From contig CAZNMD010000002.1 of the NCBI GenBank assembly GCA_964574355.1, positions 16,595 through 80,594 on the forward strand: a DNA stretch of 64,000 nucleotides. Direction: 5' to 3'. Every line of letters starts with the position of its first letter. Within the stretch, counting starts at the first letter, position 1. Shown here one piece after another: positions 9,720 to 19,392 of this stretch. Below the pieces are notes generated by a model. That model ran no database searches. It saw nothing but the letters and a program-made list of their open reading frames with translations, and was not told where the DNA came from. This DNA comes from an uncultured Candidatus Saccharibacteria bacterium. Its GTDB lineage: Bacteria > Patescibacteriota > Minisyncoccia > Phycocordibacterales > DSPV01. Made by a program: the position numbers and the translations under genes.

Positions 9720-9968
9720 ATGGAAACTCCTTCAGGTGGTGACGAGACAATGAAAAAGCTTGAGTCAACGCTTGCGTTTGTTGGGCCATTGTCTCCAGAA
9801 CAAAAGGCCAGGGCTATAGAGGTTTGTGAAACTCCTCTTGAAAATACATGGGCAATTGTAAAGGCAGATGGAACGATTGAGTATCGTGTTTCAAATACAG
9901 AAGATGGTTCTGATGTGTTGGGAAGTGAAGTAGAAGCCGATGTTGTTGCAGCCGGGTTTCTTGGGTAA
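9720..9968 (+). CDS. Small acidic hypothetical protein
   Basis: ORF with upstream TATAAT and downstream terminator at about 9997-10028. Confidence 0.6.
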   Translation: METPSGGDETMKKLESTLAFVGPLSPEQKARAIEVCETPLENTWAIVKADGTIEYRVSNTEDGSDVLGSEVEADVVAAGFLG

Positions 9969-10039
9969 GAGAACGCTCAAATAAATAAAGTATATTAAAA
10001 ACACAACCAGGTACGGTTGTGTTTTTGTGTGACGACAGA

Positions 10040-10486
10040 TTATGCTGCCATGTTGGTGTGAATCAACACTTCCTCTGGTTCCCAGTAGATGTCACCTCCT
10101 TCCTGATCAGAGGTGACAACATAGATGTGTCCCACTCCACCAATAGCTTCACGGGGACAGTAGAGTGCGTGAGGAACTCCGGCTGGTACGACGATCGCAC
10201 CTTGCTGTTGAGGGTTTCTGCTGACGATCTCCCCGTTCATTTCCATGAGAATGGTGACATCTCCCCATTGGTGGATGTACACCTTTTCTTTCTGAACGTG
10301 TTTATGGAAGGGTGTTGCCGAACCTGCCACCATACAGACCTTGCGTATGCCAAGTGTTCTTGATCGAGGACTTGCCTCGTCATCAGTTACCGCGATGGGT
10401 AGTAGGGTCCCATTTCCTGTGTATGGTTTGAAAATCCGTGTTCCTTTGGAAACGTGATTGAGAATGTTGGGTAAGATAATAGTCAC
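10040..10486 (-). CDS. Cupin-domain protein
   Basis: PFHKHVQKEKVY and VVPAGVPHAL cupin motifs; SD AAGGAG. Confidence 0.75.
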   Translation of the reverse strand: MTIILPNILNHVSKGTRIFKPYTGNGTLLPIAVTDDEASPRSRTLGIRKVCMVAGSATPFHKHVQKEKVYIHQWGDVTILMEMNGEIVSRNPQQQGAIVVPAGVPHALYCPREAIGGVGHIYVVTSDQEGGDIYWEPEEVLIHTNMAA

Positions 10487-10650
10487 AATGGCTCCTTAGA
10501 TGTTGAGGTTTGTGGTTTGGTACGTCTTCCGGGGAGAAAGCTATCAGAAAGGGAAGGTGGTGTCGAGGATGGAAGAGAGCTTAGGGGATGATGTTAAAAC
10601 TTTTTAAATAAAACCTGTCCACCGAAGTGGACAGGTTGGAGGACGAATCT

Positions 10651-10983
10651 CTAGGTTGCACGGACCGTTTGTTTTGCTTTTTCTTGATGTCTGCGGGCAA
10701 GCTTGTAGAAGGGGCAGTTATGGAACAAACCAGCAAGTTGTGCAAAGTCGTCCCGTCGCGTGAAATTCGCGCACTTGAAACAGTAGGTGTTTCTATTTGT
10801 GTGGCGAATGTGTCGGTGGCTTACATCGCTTGTTTCATGAATCCAATCGAATGTTCGACGAGAGCCGCATTTTGGACACTTACTTCCAAGCAGTCTCAAA
10901 AAATCAAAAAACAAGTAGAATACGCCGAGGATCAGAGCCAGAACGATTATGAAGGCCAAAATACCTAATATCTTGAGGAGCAT
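10651..10983 (-). CDS. Membrane-anchored zinc-ribbon protein
   Basis: N-terminal TM followed by CPKC...CFKC. Confidence 0.65.
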   Translation of the reverse strand: MLLKILGILAFIIVLALILGVFYLFFDFLRLLGSKCPKCGSRRTFDWIHETSDVSHRHIRHTNRNTYCFKCANFTRRDDFAQLAGLFHNCPFYKLARRHQEKAKQTVRAT

Positions 10984-11350
10984 GCGAATCCTTTTTGTTA
11001 AGGTTGTTTGGGAACAAAATTATCTGGTAAATATAATAACTTAATAAAAGTTATTTGTCAATATCATTTCGATTTTTCAACGTAAAACACGAAGGTGTTT
11101 TGTTCATTTTAACCATCAAAAAATCACCTTTTTTGGGCGATTTTGTTTTGATGCTGTGTGATGTCTATTCGTTTTATTTATAACAAAAAAATTTTAAATA
11201 AGTGGATAACTTAAAATTGTACGTAGTCCTATTTTAAAAAAGTGGGGCACTGTCATACAGGAGTACTCTTTTTGGTGAAGTATGTATTGAATATTTCGTG
11301 CCCGAATCTTTACAGTCATTATCCTTGCATGTTGTGTTGGTGTTATTTAT

Positions 11351-11380
11351 TTGACCAGTGAACGTTTGTTCACTTATACT
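11351..11380 (+). promoter_or_regulatory. Promoter with LexA (SOS) operator in the spacer
   Basis: TTGACC-[agtGAACgtttGTTCact]-TATACT; GAAC-N4-GTTC is the Gram-positive-type SOS box; lies upstream of a lexA-like gene. Confidence 0.85.
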
Positions 11381-11386
11381 CTATGC

Positions 11387-11581
11387 ATGTCACAAGGCGA
11401 ACACACCATTGCTATTTCATACGAAATTGAGCGGCTCAATCAGATTATTGATAAGAAGATCATCAAGGGTGTTAATTACTGTGCCGAAGCAAAAAAGCAT
11501 CGTGAACTTTTGCGACTGTTGAAGCGAGACAAGAGTCAGTTTAGTTTAAGCAAAGTGTTTTCGTTTATAGGTATCTTCTAA
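11387..11581 (+). CDS. Small hypothetical protein leading the lexA-polymerase cassette
   Basis: Leaderless ATG 6 nt after the -10; ends 1 nt before lexA. Confidence 0.7.
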   Translation: MSQGEHTIAISYEIERLNQIIDKKIIKGVNYCAEAKKHRELLRLLKRDKSQFSLSKVFSFIGIF

Positions 11582-11582
11582 T

Positions 11583-12149
11583 ATGCATAACGAATACCAA
11601 GATAAAATTGTTTCTTTTTTCAGACGCAATAAGCGCCTGCCTTCATATCGTGAAGTGATGAAATTACTTGGATTCAAATCGACTAATGCCGTGCACAAGT
11701 TGATGAACAAACTCGTGGACGCTGGTGTGCTTAATCGTGATTCAAGTGGAAAGTTAGCACCTAGTAACATTTTTGGAGAGGTCGCTCTCTTGGGGTCGGT
11801 AAAAGCAGGATTTCCATCACCGGCCGAAGAAGAATTGCAGGATACGATGAGCCTCGATGATTTTTTGATTGAGAAAAAAGAATCAACCTATATGCTGACG
11901 GTAGATGGAGATTCCATGATAGATGCTCATATAGCAGAAGGGGACATGGTTTTGGTTGAACGGACTAATAAAGCGAAAGATGGAGAAATTGTTATTGCCG
12001 AAGTAGATGGAGAGTTTACGATGAAGTATTTCAGGCAGTTAGGTAACAAAGTATGGCTTGAACCGGCAAACAAGAAATATAAACCTATTTACCCGACCGA
12101 AAGTTTAAATATCACTGCCAAAGTCAAAGCAGTTATACGAAAGATTTAA
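11583..12149 (+). CDS. lexA: LexA/UmuD-like repressor (wHTH plus S24 peptidase)
   Basis: PSYREV..LGFKS HTH, AG cleavage site (KAGFPSPA), GDSM catalytic Ser, TMK Lys. Confidence 0.85.
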   Translation: MHNEYQDKIVSFFRRNKRLPSYREVMKLLGFKSTNAVHKLMNKLVDAGVLNRDSSGKLAPSNIFGEVALLGSVKAGFPSPAEEELQDTMSLDDFLIEKKESTYMLTVDGDSMIDAHIAEGDMVLVERTNKAKDGEIVIAEVDGEFTMKYFRQLGNKVWLEPANKKYKPIYPTESLNITAKVKAVIRKI

Positions 12150-12158
12150 GTGAGGTCT

Positions 12159-13466
12159 ATGAAACCATTATCTTTGCGCTCTTTCCCGAGGGCCATACTT
12201 CATATTGATGGTGATTGTTTTTTTGCATCATGTGAAGTTGCTCGCAACCCATCTCTAAAAGGTAAACCCGTCATTACTGGGCGAGAGCGTGGGATCGCTT
12301 CTTCCATGACGTATGAGGCGAAAGCACGAGGAGTAAAACGGGGGATGCAACTTTCCGAAATCAAAAAGATTTGTCCGGACGCTATTATTCTTCCTTCCGA
12401 TTATGAGAGCTATAGTCTGTATTCCAAGCGAATGTTTGAGATAGTGAGACGCTATACTCCTGATGTTGATGAGTACAGCATTGATGAATGTTTTGCTGAC
12501 CTGACTGGTCTTAAGAGGTCTCTTCGGATGTCGTACGAGCAAATGGCTGAGCGTATTAAGTCGGATCTTGATTTGGAATTAGGTATGACTTTTTCAGTTG
12601 GGCTTTCGGTAAACAAGGTCACCGCAAAAATCGCGTCTAAATGGAAAAAGCCTTCAGGCCTAACTATTATTCCCGCTTACAATCTTCACCTCTATCTTGA
12701 AAAGCTTCCCATCGAGAAGATATGGGGTATCGGTCCGAACACAACTGCTTACTTAAATAAATTTGGTATCAGGACTGCACTTCAGTTTGCTGAAAAGAAA
12801 AAAGAGTGGGTGAAGGAGAAAGTTACGAAACCTCATCAAGATATTTGGGAGGAGTTGCGTGGCGGTTTTGTTTATAAGCTAGAGACCGAAGAAAAGCACG
12901 ACTACAAATCTATCGGGAAAACACGAACGTTTACGCCTCCGTCGAAAGACAGGGAATTTGTATTTTCGGAGTTGTCCAAAAATATTGAAAATGCTTGTAT
13001 CAAGTTACGCAGACACGGATTGTATACCAAAGAAATTGTTTTCTTTTTAAAGAGACAGGATTTTAGTCATGCGGGGCTTGAATTGAAACTTTCTGTCCAT
13101 GCTTGTATCCCACAAGCTATTTTGGAAGTGGTCGAGAAACATTTTGATGAGGTGTATGTTCCTAATACCTTATATCGTGCAACTGGCATTGTCTTGATGA
13201 AACTGTCTGCTTCAAATTTAGGGACGATGGATTTGTTTGGAAATTATACTGAAGTTGAGAAGATGACTCGTGTATATGGTTCGGTAGACGAGGTTTCTAG
13301 AAAGTATGGAAAGCATACGTTATTTTTAGGATCAAGTTTTATTGCAATGAAAAACCATCAACACGAAGGAGAGCGGGGAGTTACTGCGGAAAGAAAAAAG
13401 CCTCTCTTGGTGGGAGAGACGGATCGAAAGCATTTAAGGGTGCCTCTGTTAGGGAAGGTTAGGTAG
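12159..13466 (+). CDS. Y-family DNA polymerase (DinB/UmuC-like)
   Basis: HIDGDCFFASCE, YEAKARGV and SIDECF motifs. Confidence 0.93.
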   Translation: MKPLSLRSFPRAILHIDGDCFFASCEVARNPSLKGKPVITGRERGIASSMTYEAKARGVKRGMQLSEIKKICPDAIILPSDYESYSLYSKRMFEIVRRYTPDVDEYSIDECFADLTGLKRSLRMSYEQMAERIKSDLDLELGMTFSVGLSVNKVTAKIASKWKKPSGLTIIPAYNLHLYLEKLPIEKIWGIGPNTTAYLNKFGIRTALQFAEKKKEWVKEKVTKPHQDIWEELRGGFVYKLETEEKHDYKSIGKTRTFTPPSKDREFVFSELSKNIENACIKLRRHGLYTKEIVFFLKRQDFSHAGLELKLSVHACIPQAILEVVEKHFDEVYVPNTLYRATGIVLMKLSASNLGTMDLFGNYTEVEKMTRVYGSVDEVSRKYGKHTLFLGSSFIAMKNHQHEGERGVTAERKKPLLVGETDRKHLRVPLLGKVR

Positions 13467-13528
13467 GGGGTGGAGGGAGGGGAGGTTAGAACCTAATTGA
13501 GTATGATGATTATGATATAGTTTAATCT

Positions 13529-13732
13529 ATGAAAGAAAACTGGTTTAAGATTGCCGTTTTGCTTCTTATCGGAATATTGGTTTACCAGATCTCCGTATTT
13601 CTTAATCAAATGGCGTGGAGCTACTCTTATTCCCAAAGAGGAGAGTGTTTGGAGAGGATTTACGCCAGAGGAAACAGTGACCTATTCGACAGCAAAGCAA
13701 ATTGCTTCGATATCATTGCTCCACTTCAATAA
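13529..13732 (+). CDS. Small membrane-anchored hypothetical protein
   Basis: MKENWFKI followed by a TM segment; two Cys. Confidence 0.6.
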   Translation: MKENWFKIAVLLLIGILVYQISVFLNQMAWSYSYSQRGECLERIYARGNSDLFDSKANCFDIIAPLQ

Positions 13733-13799
13733 AAAGTTTTTGTGATTGGTGGGATTTCAGTAGAACCTGCTCATAGAAATAATATTTGATTTTTCTGCG

Positions 13800-15245
13800 C
13801 TAGGTTTTATGAGAATCTACGTATTTTGCAGTAGGAACCAGGTACTTTGCAGTGCGAAGGAGTTGGCTTATTTCGGTTTTATAGTTGGGAAAGTAGCTCA
13901 GGGCAACAAGGAAGTAACGTGAAATTTTTTCATCATCAGCATAGGAACTCAGAAACTTACTTTTTATTGAGGCTTTTAGTCCTGGGCTTCCAAATTTACC
14001 CACTAGAATGAAATAGTACCCAATCAACATAAAATTATTGGAGTGATATATTTTTTCTTTATCTATCTCGCTGACATGGGAGTGCAGTTTTTTAGCCTTG
14101 GTTAGAGTACGAAGGATAAGTATCTTTTGATAGACGTAGGAACTATCGTCTAATACAGTAGTCAAAAGCGATTGCACCCTTTTTTTATCTATGAAAACCT
14201 CCAGGTACGAAGTTATTGTGCTAGAAAAAGAGGGGTCGAGTAGTTTCTTTTTAAGAATGGAAGCTAGTGGGATTTCAGATTTTATTTCTTTGAATCTGTT
14301 TATGCAAAAATTCACTAAAGTCTTGTCTAACCCTTTGTTTGCTACAGTCCAAAGCCTTTTGAGTTGAGCGAGTGTGTATTTGTTAGTAGCGTCTAGTTTA
14401 AGGCCGTATTGTATACCTTCCATCTCTTCCGAAAATTGATTTGCAGGGGTTAGGTAGCTCTCAGCACTAAGGACGTGCGTTTTACCAGCGGCCAAATGCA
14501 AATTTAATGGACGCATAAGCTCTGTGAGTTTGGCAATTGCTCTACGGATCTCTTTTTCTTCAAGCGCAAAAACACGGATATCGTCCATGAATCTGTAATA
14601 TGTAAATTTCTCATTTATCATCATCTCGTCTATCTCGTGTAAGTAGACATTTCCTAGAAAGGAAGAAGGGTCAGACCCTTGGGGAATACCTATGCCACTC
14701 GCGTGCCAAGTATTCAATAAGTATCCAAGCTTTGATGTAACGTCCTTTGACACGTTTAGTTGATTTAGAATATCAAGTAATTTTTTTATTTGAATGTGTT
14801 CAAAGTAGGCGCTTATATCTGTCTTTAGTAAAAAACCACTGGGGTGTTTATTAAAAAGTTTCTCTGTTTTTGCATGAAATCTCCTCCAAGCTTCTACGCC
14901 ATTTTCGAAGAAATATTTCTCACTTTTAGTCACTCTGTGAGAGAAAACTATTTCTCGATTCAGTAATGAGGTATCAACTGTCTTGGCGAATTTATTTGTT
15001 AAGAGTTGGTAGTAAACTCGATCAGTGAGACGCATGAAGTGTCCTGGGCGTAAAATGAGACTTGCTTTTGGAATATCTAGAACAATTACTGAACCTGGGG
15101 CAGGAGAATTGTAATTGACTGAGATCAATGACGCAGGGTCATCAAGATAGTCGGCGTAGTCAAATACATCAGGCCAAAAATCATTCTTTATGTCCTGTTT
15201 CAGATACTTTATTGCTGTCCCGATGGCTTTTTTGCTGAATCGCAT
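13800..15245 (-). CDS. Stand-alone reverse transcriptase, UG/Abi (defence-associated RT)-like, with helical C-terminal domain
   Basis: IPK...RP, KTDISAYFEHI, GIPQGSDPSSFLGN and YYRFMDDIRVF motifs; about 220-aa C-terminal extension. Confidence 0.88.
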   Translation of the reverse strand: MRFSKKAIGTAIKYLKQDIKNDFWPDVFDYADYLDDPASLISVNYNSPAPGSVIVLDIPKASLILRPGHFMRLTDRVYYQLLTNKFAKTVDTSLLNREIVFSHRVTKSEKYFFENGVEAWRRFHAKTEKLFNKHPSGFLLKTDISAYFEHIQIKKLLDILNQLNVSKDVTSKLGYLLNTWHASGIGIPQGSDPSSFLGNVYLHEIDEMMINEKFTYYRFMDDIRVFALEEKEIRRAIAKLTELMRPLNLHLAAGKTHVLSAESYLTPANQFSEEMEGIQYGLKLDATNKYTLAQLKRLWTVANKGLDKTLVNFCINRFKEIKSEIPLASILKKKLLDPSFSSTITSYLEVFIDKKRVQSLLTTVLDDSSYVYQKILILRTLTKAKKLHSHVSEIDKEKIYHSNNFMLIGYYFILVGKFGSPGLKASIKSKFLSSYADDEKISRYFLVALSYFPNYKTEISQLLRTAKYLVPTAKYVDSHKT

Positions 15246-15254
15246 TGCAGGTAG

Positions 15255-15283
15255 ATTCTGCCGATTAATTTTGGTTTTGGCAA
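15255..15283 (-). promoter_or_regulatory. Putative promoter of the RT gene
   Basis: Minus strand TTGCCA-17 nt-CAGAAT, 9 nt before ATG. Confidence 0.45.
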
Positions 15284-15395
15284 CTCTAAAGAGCTAGGAC
15301 ATGCAATTAGTTAAGGTGCTTATAGCAGAGATAGGAGATAGGGCGTGTCCGATTAAATCGTAAAAAGAGTGTTGTAATTTTGTCGCTTCGCATCA

Positions 15396-15603
15396 TGTTC
15401 GGAGTGGGGAACCGCGGAGGACCGCTTTCGGTCACGGATAATCATTCGCCGTCGCGAATGATTTCCTCGACCCCGGCTCGTCTGTTTTTTCTACTGAAAA
15501 AACATGACTCCGCCTTTCGATTCCCCCACGCAAAGCGCGCAGGTGCTTTGCTCATCTCCACCAAAGAAAAATCGCTCACCTTTCGGCGAGCGGATTTTTC
15601 AAC
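15396..15603. repeat. tRNA-3'-end-associated structured element, copy 1 (tmRNA)
   Basis: Inverted copy of the tmRNA 3' end at 15516-15563, split by a 25-nt hairpin at 15528-15552; degenerate direct repeat at 15396-15411. Confidence 0.85.
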
Positions 15604-15988
15604 TGGTGGAGATGGGGGGAATCGAACCCCCGTGCAAGATGAAAATCTAGGCGGGTCTACGGCACGTAGTCTGCTTTGTTTACGAGAGTGAAGATAGAAA
15701 GCGGACAAAAGTCTTCATTCTCGGTGTTTCTTTATTTAAAACAATAGCCGAAACGATCTACTGTTCGAACTTGGGATATATCGCCCGCTTTCCTCGTCCA
15801 AGTGCCGAAGAAAGAGACGTCACGTAGGACTAACCGAAGTTAGGCGAACGCGAGAGCAAAACCGTACGGAGACGGAATTGCCTTGGTCACAGAGCTGTTG
15901 CCAGGTGTGTTTTGAAGCGGTTTAACGAGTCACTTCATCTCGGTGCCGCGCGCAAAGAGTGTGCATCCTGTCGATGCCGATCATCCCC
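15604..15988 (-). ncRNA. ssrA: tmRNA; tag approximately (A)GNSSVTKAIPSPYGFALAFA
   Basis: 5' GGGGATG pairs with 3' CATCTCC-ACCA with G3-U wobble; T-arm GGGGG-TTCGATT-CCCCC; tag ORF ends ALAFA*; adjacent to smpB. Confidence 0.95.
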
Positions 15989-15995
15989 GTGGCGT

Positions 15996-16442
15996 TTATT
16001 CTCCTTTCAATGTTCTTTGAATGTCGCGTTCTGATTCTCGTTTTTTTATCGAGTCGCGTTTATCAAATTCTTTTTTGCCTCGCGCAATCGCAATACGAAT
16101 CTTCATGCGACGTCCTTTACTATACACTGAAATTGGCACTATTGTCAAACCTTTCTTGGCTTCAAAACCTGCAAGACGTGAAAGTTCTTCTTTGTTCAAG
16201 AGAAGTTTTCGTGGCCTTTTTTCATCGTAGGCTTCTTTAATGTTTTTTGGTTGAAGTGGAATGCAGGTGGCTCCCATTAGAAACGCTTCGCCTCCACGAA
16301 TAGTGATATATGAACCATCAAGAGAGAGACGGCCCGCGCGAATCGATTTCACCTCAAAACCAAGCAACTCAATACCCGCTTCGAACTCTTCAAGAAATTC
16401 GAAATTAAAGTGGGCTTTTTTATTGTCGGACAAAGTAGTCAT
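15996..16442 (-). CDS. smpB: SsrA-binding protein
   Basis: NKKAHFNF, EAGIELLGFEVKSIR, RKLLL and GKKEFDKR motifs; start inferred from TATGAT 6 nt upstream. Confidence 0.97.
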   Translation of the reverse strand: MTTLSDNKKAHFNFEFLEEFEAGIELLGFEVKSIRAGRLSLDGSYITIRGGEAFLMGATCIPLQPKNIKEAYDEKRPRKLLLNKEELSRLAGFEAKKGLTIVPISVYSKGRRMKIRIAIARGKKEFDKRDSIKKRESERDIQRTLKGE

Positions 16443-16574
16443 GCGGCAATCATACCGTGCATACTTCGTATTGAAAACACAGAGGAGAGAGATCTTTCCA
16501 ATATAAAAAAGGTATGGTACTTTCATGGTGGGTGAAGGGCTCTTTAAACAAAAACCTCAATAGGAGACTTTTAT

Positions 16575-16967
16575 ATGAATGTAGGATGGGAGGATAGTCT
16601 GCTGCTCTTAGAGAGCAATGACCCGTACGACCAAATGTTGGTAATTGGTATTGTTCTCATTATGGGAGCGCTCTGTGTGTTGCTGTACATTTTGGCTGCC
16701 ATTGTGCGCTCAATGATGAAATGGGCATGTCCTTCATGTGGTCGGTTCAATATGACAAGGGAAGTCATTCGTCGAGAGGATTTTTTCAGAGGTTTGCTTC
16801 CGTGGCAAGTTCTCTGTGATAAGAACATTGTCTGTCGATCGTGTGGATACAGGCAAGAAATCAGTTACGCCAAGGATGTTCGTTCCTGGCCAGCTCGATG
16901 GGCATATCGAATGCGACGGCGGTCTCATGTCAAATCACCTCGCACAATCTCTCTTCCGGCCCGCTGA
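16575..16967 (+). CDS. Membrane-anchored zinc-ribbon protein
   Basis: TM segment followed by CPSC...CRSC; SD AGGAG. Confidence 0.65.
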   Translation: MNVGWEDSLLLLESNDPYDQMLVIGIVLIMGALCVLLYILAAIVRSMMKWACPSCGRFNMTREVIRREDFFRGLLPWQVLCDKNIVCRSCGYRQEISYAKDVRSWPARWAYRMRRRSHVKSPRTISLPAR

Positions 16968-17059
16968 CTTTTGTCAGCCAGACCTCGCTTTAGGGCGGGG
17001 TTTTATTTTTTATAACAAAAAGTCGGCAGGATAATTGAAAATGCTATAATGGCCACGTT

Positions 17060-18964
17060 ATGCAAAAAAACCAGAAAAAACAACCAGGAACTCCACGCCG
17101 TGAAGCCGAACGCTTCATTTGGAATATTGTCGTTTCTATCGCAATTCTTTTACTCATTGTTGGAATGTATACAACCTTTAATTCTTCAGCTAAAAAAGTT
17201 GAAGATGTTGCTATTTCAGAAGTTGCGAAGCAAGTAGCAAAAGGAACGATAGATAAAATAATTGTTGAAGGTACCGAGCTTACGATTACGTATAACGATG
17301 GAACAGCAGAACAAAAGAGTAAAAAAGAACTCGAAAGTTCTCTTACAGAAACACTAGCCAACTATGGTGTTACCAAAGAAGCACTCGATAAAATTTCTAT
17401 TGAAATAAAAACTGAAGGAGGTTTTGGGTACGTGTTATTTAATTTACTGCCGATTATTTTCCCTATCCTCCTTCTTTTGTTTTTTGTGTGGATTTTGTCT
17501 CGCCAAGTGAAAGGGGCAGGTATGCAAGCGTTTACGTTTGGACAATCACGGGCGCGTTTGGTGTCTCCAGAAGATCGAAAGCAGCGTATTACCTTTAAGG
17601 ATGTTGCGGGTGTAAAAGAGGCGAAAGAAGAATTGGCAGAAATTGTTGATTTTTTGAAGAATCCAAAGAAGTTTCTTGAAATTGGGGCACGTATTCCAAA
17701 AGGTATTCTTCTTATGGGTGCGCCAGGTACAGGAAAGACACTACTTGCTCGAGCCGTTGCGGGCGAAGCGGGTGTCGCATTCTTCTCTATTTCAGGATCT
17801 GAATTTGTTGAGTTGTTTGTGGGTGTGGGTGCGTCGCGTGTCCGTGATTTGTTTAAAGTTGCAAAACAGACTGCTCCAGCCATTATTTTCGTTGATGAAA
17901 TTGATGCGGTAGGACGAGTTCGTGGTACTGGTATGGGAGGTGGAAACGATGAGCGTGAGCAAACTCTCAATCAAATTCTTGTTGAGATGGATGGTTTTGA
18001 GCCGAATGAAAAAGTTATTGTCATGGCTGCAACGAATCGTCCTGACGTCCTTGATCCAGCTCTTTTGCGTCCTGGTCGCTTCGACCGACGTGTCGTTTTG
18101 GATTTACCTGACAGATCTGATCGCGAGGCGATTTTAACTATCCACTCTAAAGAGAAGCCATTTGCTGAAGATGTGAACTTGCCTCTTATTGCTGAACGAA
18201 CACCAGGTTTTTCAGGGGCAGATTTGTTCTCTCTTATGAACGAAGCAGCTATTCTTGCGGCACGTGAGAATCGAAAGAAGGTTGCTCAGTTTGATCTTAT
18301 TCGAGCGATCGAAAAGGTTATGCTTGGTCCTGAACGAAAGAGCCACTTGTTGTCTGTGAAAGAAAAAGAAATTACGGCATATCACGAAGCCGGTCACGCG
18401 CTTGTTGCCTCGGTGCTGCCAGACGCTGATCCTGTTCACAAGATTTCAATTATTGCGCGCGGTAGGGCGGGTGGGTATACACTCAAGCTTCCGTTTGAAG
18501 ATAAAAAATTACAATCACGAAAAGCGTTTCTTGATGATATTGCTATGTCGCTCGGTGGGTACGTTGCTGAAAAGCTTATTTTTGGAGACCTTACTACTGG
18601 CCCATCAAACGATCTTCAGGTCTCAACGGCTCTTGCTCGGGATATGGTCACGAAGTATGGTATGTCGGATAAACTTGGCCCAGTTGCACTTGAAGGTACA
18701 GGCGGGCGACCGATTTATGGAGGACGTGGTGTTGAAAGCGGAGAATATTCTGATCGTGTGGCGGCTGAAATTGATAGTGAGGTGACACGTATTATGACTG
18801 AAGCAAAACAGGTCGCAGAAAAAGTCTTACACGAAAAAAGAGCAGTACTTGATGTGATCGCAAAGCGGCTTATTGAAACTGAAACTATTGAACGTGAGGA
18901 GTTTGAACAAATACTCGTTGCGAACGGTATTCAACCAAAGAAAAGAGAGGAAGTTTTAGCGTAG
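17060..18964 (+). CDS. ftsH: ATP-dependent zinc metalloprotease FtsH
   Basis: Two TM segments, [15 protein letters not shown] and HEAGH. Confidence 0.98.
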   Translation: MQKNQKKQPGTPRREAERFIWNIVVSIAILLLIVGMYTTFNSSAKKVEDVAISEVAKQVAKGTIDKIIVEGTELTITYNDGTAEQKSKKELESSLTETLANYGVTKEALDKISIEIKTEGGFGYVLFNLLPIIFPILLLLFFVWILSRQVKGAGMQAFTFGQSRARLVSPEDRKQRITFKDVAGVKEAKEELAEIVDFLKNPKKFLEIGARIPKGILLMGAPGTGKTLLARAVAGEAGVAFFSISGSEFVELFVGVGASRVRDLFKVAKQTAPAIIFVDEIDAVGRVRGTGMGGGNDEREQTLNQILVEMDGFEPNEKVIVMAATNRPDVLDPALLRPGRFDRRVVLDLPDRSDREAILTIHSKEKPFAEDVNLPLIAERTPGFSGADLFSLMNEAAILAARENRKKVAQFDLIRAIEKVMLGPERKSHLLSVKEKEITAYHEAGHALVASVLPDADPVHKISIIARGRAGGYTLKLPFEDKKLQSRKAFLDDIAMSLGGYVAEKLIFGDLTTGPSNDLQVSTALARDMVTKYGMSDKLGPVALEGTGGRPIYGGRGVESGEYSDRVAAEIDSEVTRIMTEAKQVAEKVLHEKRAVLDVIAKRLIETETIEREEFEQILVANGIQPKKREEVLA

Positions 18965-18999
18965 GTGTCTTCTTTGGCAAAGTGTTTGATGTGTGACTG

Positions 19000-19392
19000 T
19001 TGCTTGAAAAGAGGGCAAGGGGTACCATTATGTATGGACATCGGAGGTCTCCAATGGGTACAACCAATAATGCGTTAGAGCGGTTTTTCGCACATTGGGT
19101 ACAACTGGTTCAAAGTGGTCAATGGGTGCCAGTTATCTCCAATGGTTGGATCAGGGTGCGTCGTCCGGATAGAGATATTCGGTCGATTCCCCCAATTGGT
19201 GCTGTGACAGTTTGTTTGCACGGCGATGATGCAAGCAATCCCCAAATGCATTTCGATAATAAGGGGAAGCTTCTCGGTCTCAGTGAGGAAGAAGTATCGG
19301 ATCTTTATCGGGCTTCAGATTTTTCGGATCCAGGAGGATCCGCTGCGGAGTTGCGCCGCAGGTTACTCGCTCCGATACTACCGGTCTCGTAA
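19000..19392 (+). CDS. Hypothetical protein (true start may be 19030 or 19054)
   Basis: ORF followed by a terminator hairpin at about 19409-19436. Confidence 0.5.
   Translation: MLEKRARGTIMYGHRRSPMGTTNNALERFFAHWVQLVQSGQWVPVISNGWIRVRRPDRDIRSIPPIGAVTVCLHGDDASNPQMHFDNKGKLLGLSEEEVSDLYRASDFSDPGGSAAELRRRLLAPILPVS

Noticed and set aside
8000-11050. Integron cassette array
   Set aside because: No integrase, and the spacers are unrelated terminator hairpins without attC R''/R' consensus
10984-11350. AT-rich intergenic region as replication origin
   Set aside because: Only one imperfect DnaA-box-like site (about 11202-11209) and no dnaA/dnaN nearby; isolated TTATCCACA sites at 19460 and 40908 are not clustered
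13800-15603. RT as a retron, group II intron or DGR
   Set aside because: No NAxxH/VTG motifs, no YADD or maturase domain, no intron domain V, and no TR/VR repeat pair or Avd gene seen
15380-15708. ORFs 15380-15691(+) and 15442-15708(-)
   Set aside because: They overlap tmRNA and the palindromic element; likely spurious frames
17362-17970. Long antisense ORFs (for example opposite ftsH, infC, the antiporter and uppS)
   Set aside because: Shadow frames of well-supported genes on the other strand
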